Shown in pieces: positions 59,892-64,000 of a DNA stretch of 64,000 nucleotides (position 1 is the first letter of the stretch; each line of letters starts with the position of its first letter). The position numbers were made by a program, and so were the translations under genes. The stretch is from Nitrospina sp. (GTDB taxonomy: Bacteria; Nitrospinota; Nitrospinia; Nitrospinales; VA-1): positions 2,240 through 66,239 of the forward strand of contig JABIAY010000060.1 of NCBI GenBank assembly GCA_018653085.1. Reading direction: 5' to 3'. A model generated the notes under the pieces. It was not told where the DNA came from. It searched no databases and saw only the letters and a program-made list of their open reading frames with translations.

Positions 59892-61382
59892 ATGTTCCGT
59901 CCCTCATTAGAAGAATTCAAACAGAAGGCCCAATCGGGAAACCTGATTCCTGTTTATAAGGAAATTCTGGCCGATCTCGATACGCCAGTGTCCGCTTATA
60001 TGAAAATCAGTGGAGGGGAATATTCTTTTCTGCTGGAGAGCGTTGAAGGTGGAGAAAAATGGGCGCGTTATTGTTTCCTGGGTTGCGATCCATCGATTGT
60101 GGTCAGCACCAAGGGCCGGACTTTGACAATAATCGAAAACGGAAAACGCGAGCAAAGAGAAATTAAATCGGGTAGTCCTCTCTCGGCGGTAAAGGAAGTG
60201 CTGGCCCGGTACCAGCCGGTGCCGTCTGCCGGGTTGCCCCGATTTTCAGGTGGTGCGGTGGGGTTTATCAGTTACGACATGGTGCGCTTTTTTGAAGAGC
60301 TTCCTGAACAAACGATTGATGATCTCGATGTTCCGGACTCGCAGTTTGTCATCACCGATACCATGCTGGTATTTGATAATGTTTCACAGACCATTAAAAT
60401 TATTTCCAATGCGTTTGTCGGTGGCGATGACGACTTGTCCGCCGTGTATGAAAAGACATTACAAAAAATTTCTGCCCTGGAAGAAAAGTTGCGAACACCC
60501 CTTCCTAAAATAGAGCCATCTGAAGCAAAAGAGGGTTCGGCATTGAGCTTTGACTCCAATATCGAAGAGGAAACGTTCAAGCAGGCGGTGACTCGCATCA
60601 AAGAATATATTTATGAGGGAGATGCCATTCAGGTGGTGCTTTCCCAGCGCTTAAAGTTTTCCATTAATAAAGATCCTTTTGATATATACCGGGCTTTGAG
60701 AACCATCAATCCTTCGCCTTATATGTATTACCTGAAATTCGGTGAACTGCAGGTGGTGGGTTCCTCTCCGGAAGTTCTTGTGCGGTTGGAGGATGAAAAG
60801 GTTGAAGTCCGACCCATAGCCGGAACCCGCAAACGGGGAAAAAACGAGGAAGAAGACCTGGTACTGGAAAAGGACTTGTTAAGCGATGAAAAAGAACTGG
60901 CCGAGCACATCATGCTGGTGGATCTTGGAAGAAATGATCTCGGGCGGGTCGCAGAAATCAGCACGGTGGAAGTGGATGAAAGTTTTAGTATCGAGCGATA
61001 CTCCCACGTCATGCATATTGTTTCCAATGTGCGCGGAGTCTTGAAAAAAGGTTTGGATTGTTTTGATGTTCTGGAAGCCGCTTTCCCTGCCGGAACCCTT
61101 TCCGGCGCACCGAAAATAAGAGCCATGGAAATTATTGATGAGTTGGAACCGACCCGGCGCGGACTTTATGGCGGGACCGTTGGTTACATCAGTTTTAATG
61201 GCAATATGGATACCGCCATAGCCATCCGCACTTTGCTGATTAAAGGGAATACCGCTTATCTTGGAGTGGGGGCGGGGATAGTTGCCGACTCGATGCCGGA
61301 AAATGAATTTGAAGAGACTATGAACAAGGGACGGGCTTTGCTCAAAGCCATAGAAGTGGCCGAAAAGGGGTTGGTTCTATGA
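59892..61382 (+). CDS. trpE: anthranilate synthase component I
   Basis: [40 protein letters not shown]. Confidence 0.96.
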   Translation: MFRPSLEEFKQKAQSGNLIPVYKEILADLDTPVSAYMKISGGEYSFLLESVEGGEKWARYCFLGCDPSIVVSTKGRTLTIIENGKREQREIKSGSPLSAVKEVLARYQPVPSAGLPRFSGGAVGFISYDMVRFFEELPEQTIDDLDVPDSQFVITDTMLVFDNVSQTIKIISNAFVGGDDDLSAVYEKTLQKISALEEKLRTPLPKIEPSEAKEGSALSFDSNIEEETFKQAVTRIKEYIYEGDAIQVVLSQRLKFSINKDPFDIYRALRTINPSPYMYYLKFGELQVVGSSPEVLVRLEDEKVEVRPIAGTRKRGKNEEEDLVLEKDLLSDEKELAEHIMLVDLGRNDLGRVAEISTVEVDESFSIERYSHVMHIVSNVRGVLKKGLDCFDVLEAAFPAGTLSGAPKIRAMEIIDELEPTRRGLYGGTVGYISFNGNMDTAIAIRTLLIKGNTAYLGVGAGIVADSMPENEFEETMNKGRALLKAIEVAEKGLVL

Positions 61383-61951
61383 TTCTGATGATCGACAATT
61401 ACGATTCGTTTACCTATAACCTGGTGCAATACATGGGTGAGATGGGTGCTGAAATACGTGTGGATCGAAACGATAAAATAAGTATCAAGGAAATCGAAGC
61501 ACTGAACCCAGAAAAGATCGTTGTTTCTCCCGGTCCCTGCACTCCTGCCGAGGCTGGCATATCGGTGGAGGTGGTTAAACATTTTGCCGGAAAAATTCCG
61601 ATTCTGGGAGTTTGTCTGGGGCACCAGTCAGTTGGTGTGGCGTTCGGGGGTGAAATTGTCAAGGCCGGTCGCCTGATGCATGGCAAGACTTCCATGATCC
61701 GGCACGATGGCAAAACTCTGTTTAAAGACCTTGCTAATCCGTTTGAAGCAACCCGCTACCACTCTCTGGTTTTGAACCGGAAAAATCTGCCAGACTGTTT
61801 TGAAATTTCCGCAGAGAGCGATGACAACGAAATCATGGGCATCCGCCATAAAGAAATTGCTGTAGAAGGTGTGCAGTTTCATCCGGAATCTATTTTGACT
61901 GCCTGCGGAAAAGAGTTGTTGGGGAATTTTATTAAAGGCAACCACGCATGA
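61379..61951 (+). CDS. trpG: anthranilate synthase component II
   Basis: [28 protein letters not shown]. Confidence 0.95.
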   Translation: MILMIDNYDSFTYNLVQYMGEMGAEIRVDRNDKISIKEIEALNPEKIVVSPGPCTPAEAGISVEVVKHFAGKIPILGVCLGHQSVGVAFGGEIVKAGRLMHGKTSMIRHDGKTLFKDLANPFEATRYHSLVLNRKNLPDCFEISAESDDNEIMGIRHKEIAVEGVQFHPESILTACGKELLGNFIKGNHA

Positions 61952-62961
61952 CGTTTCAGACGACCCTTGATACTCTTGCTGACGGAAACGACCTGACCGA
62001 AGATGAAATGGTTGCCTCCATGACTGCGATCATGCAGGGAGAAGTTGCGGATTCTCAATTGGCCACGTTTTTGACAGCCTTGCAGGCAAAAGGCGAAACC
62101 GTTGCCGAAATTGTCGGCGCGGCGCGTGTGATGCGGGCCAAAGCGGAAAAACTCGATATCAAATCGACTTCTCTGGTGGACACTTGCGGCACAGGCGGGG
62201 ATGGAGCCGATACTTTCAATATATCCACTGCCAGCGCCCTGGTCACAGCAGGGGCGGGGGTTACGGTAGCCAAGCATGGCAACCGGGCTGTATCCAGCCG
62301 GTCCGGTAGCGCGGATGTCTTAAAATGCCTGGGGGTGAATCTGGATGCCAACCTCGCAACCGTGGAACGTTGTGTTGATGAGGCGGGCCTGGGGTTTCTG
62401 TTTGCTCCTTTAATGCATAAAGCTATGAAGCACGCCGCCGGAGTACGAAAAAAACTGGGTGTTCGCACTATTTTTAATCTGTTGGGACCCTTGACCAATC
62501 CAGCCAACGCGCAGGCTCAAGTGCTGGGTGTTTTTGATGTTAAATGGGTCCAGCCTTTGGCTGAAGTTCTTTGCGGCCTGGGTTGCAGTCGTGCGCTGGT
62601 CGTTCATGGCTCTGATGGTTTGGATGAAATCACCTTGACCGGTGTCAGCCAGGTTGCCGAATTAAAAAACGGCGAAGTGACGAGCTACAACCTTGACCCG
62701 GCTGAACTTGGATTTGATTACTGCACTTCCGCTGACCTCAAAGGAGGAACCCCGGAAGAAAATGCCGCAATCATCCAGGGAATACTGAATGGAGAAAAAG
62801 GAGCGAAACGAGATATCGTTGTCTTGAACTCCGCCGCGGCTATTTATGTGGGCGGGAAAGCGGACTCTCTGGAGCAGGGTGCTCGACTGGCTGTGAATTC
62901 CATTGAATCGGGCAAGGCGCGGGATAAACTGAAAGATTTGTGTAGAATTACGAATTCTTGA
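61948..62961 (+). CDS. trpD: anthranilate phosphoribosyltransferase
   Basis: [22 protein letters not shown]. Confidence 0.96.
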   Translation: MTFQTTLDTLADGNDLTEDEMVASMTAIMQGEVADSQLATFLTALQAKGETVAEIVGAARVMRAKAEKLDIKSTSLVDTCGTGGDGADTFNISTASALVTAGAGVTVAKHGNRAVSSRSGSADVLKCLGVNLDANLATVERCVDEAGLGFLFAPLMHKAMKHAAGVRKKLGVRTIFNLLGPLTNPANAQAQVLGVFDVKWVQPLAEVLCGLGCSRALVVHGSDGLDEITLTGVSQVAELKNGEVTSYNLDPAELGFDYCTSADLKGGTPEENAAIIQGILNGEKGAKRDIVVLNSAAAIYVGGKADSLEQGARLAVNSIESGKARDKLKDLCRITNS

Positions 62962-62962
62962 A

Positions 62963-63760
62963 ATGTCGAACATACTTGATAAAATTTTCACCGATAAACA
63001 GAAGGAACTGGCAGGTACAAAAAATTCTCTGCCTTTGCCTGCACTCAAACAGCGTATAGGCGACCAAGCCCCTGTGCGTGATGTTTTCAAGGCTCTTAAT
63101 GAGGGCAAGCAGTCCAAAATTATTGCGGAGATCAAACGGCGGACACCGTTTAAGGGAGAACTGCGGGAAAATTTTAACGCCTCTGAAATCGCTAGGGATT
63201 ATGCCAAACATGGAGCCGCCACACTTTCTATCCTGACGGAAAGTAATTATTTCGGCAGTCATATTGGAATCCTTGAAGAAGTGAGGCCCATCGCGCCGAT
63301 TCCATTATTGCGCAAGGATTTTATCAGTGATGAATACCAGGTGTATGAGTCCAGAGCGTACGGAGCGGACCTGTTTCTGTTAATCGCTACCTGGCTGGAT
63401 CAGAATCAATTGACCGATCTGCTTCTACTGGGAAAAGAGCTGGGCCTGCCGGCGTTGGTGGAAACTCATAACGAATGGGATATGGAAAAAGCCTTTGAAG
63501 CCAAAGCGAGCTTGATAGGCATCAACAACCGCGATCTCACTAATGGCAAAACCGATTTGAATATTGCCAGGCGTTTGATACCGATGGCATTGCAGGAACC
63601 GGGTAACACCCTGGTTTGCGAAAGTGGCATCAGTGGCAGGGAAGAGATAGAAGAATTTGAAAAGTTAGGGGCGCATGCATTTTTAATCGGGGAAAGTTTA
63701 ATGACCTCGGATGATATTCCTGAAAAACTAAAAGTATTACTAGGCAATGTTGATTCCTGA
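62963..63760 (+). CDS. trpC: indole-3-glycerol phosphate synthase
   Basis: IAEIKR, LSILTE, LRKDF, GINNRDL, ESGI, LIGESLM. Confidence 0.95.
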   Translation: MSNILDKIFTDKQKELAGTKNSLPLPALKQRIGDQAPVRDVFKALNEGKQSKIIAEIKRRTPFKGELRENFNASEIARDYAKHGAATLSILTESNYFGSHIGILEEVRPIAPIPLLRKDFISDEYQVYESRAYGADLFLLIATWLDQNQLTDLLLLGKELGLPALVETHNEWDMEKAFEAKASLIGINNRDLTNGKTDLNIARRLIPMALQEPGNTLVCESGISGREEIEEFEKLGAHAFLIGESLMTSDDIPEKLKVLLGNVDS

Positions 63761-64000
63761 TCCACAAGTTAAAGTTAAAATCTGCGGTATGACGCAATTG
63801 AAGGACGCGTTGTTTGCTGTTGATCAGGGTGCGACAGCGGTCGGTTTTATTTTCTATAATAAGAGTCCGCGCTCGGTTACCATGAAGGCGGCTCGGGAAA
63901 TAATAGCGAAACTGCCGCCGTTTGTGGACACGGTGGGTGTTTTTGTCAACGAAACCGCTGAGCGGGTGAACAAGGTCGCCGATTATTGCGGTCTGGACCT
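63747..64000 (+). CDS. trpF: phosphoribosylanthranilate isomerase (partial, runs off the window)
   Basis: MLIPDPQVKVKICGMT...GFIFYNKSPRSV...VGVFVN. Confidence 0.92.
   Translation, partial: MLIPDPQVKVKICGMTQLKDALFAVDQGATAVGFIFYNKSPRSVTMKAAREIIAKLPPFVDTVGVFVNETAERVNKVADYCGLD

Overview
Bacterial chromosomal window, mostly housekeeping genes. Gene content and style suggest a Nitrospina-like (Nitrospinota) marine bacterium; this is inference, not verified. Core loci: initiator tRNA-Met, rocD, ilvH-ilvC-psd-pssA-accD, nth, rph, pyrD, alr, ampG, a complete MoxR/DUF58/Bat (VWA-TPR) operon, and trpE-G-D-C-F (cut off at the window end). The best candidate for an undescribed system is a same-strand four-gene module at 28794-34381. 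It encodes a MotB/PomB stator subunit with a ~290-aa cytoplasmic coiled-coil extension, a class I adenylate cyclase with intact catalytic motifs, a Na+-type MotA/PomA, and a pentapeptide-repeat protein, with no flagellar genes nearby. Other points of interest: tandem collagen/TSP1/Cys-rich (EGF in copy 1) paralogs next to a DsbA; a Gly-rich autotransporter frameshifted in a G8 tract; a PCP_red-chlorite-dismutase-family fusion; a bactofilin-TM-TPR fusion; a tRNA-fMet lacking the invariant D-loop GG beside a probable att site; two divergent genes whose start codons overlap; and several dispersed intergenic repeat families, one of which overlaps the stop codons of neighbouring genes. All calls come from motif recognition by eye; no searches were run.
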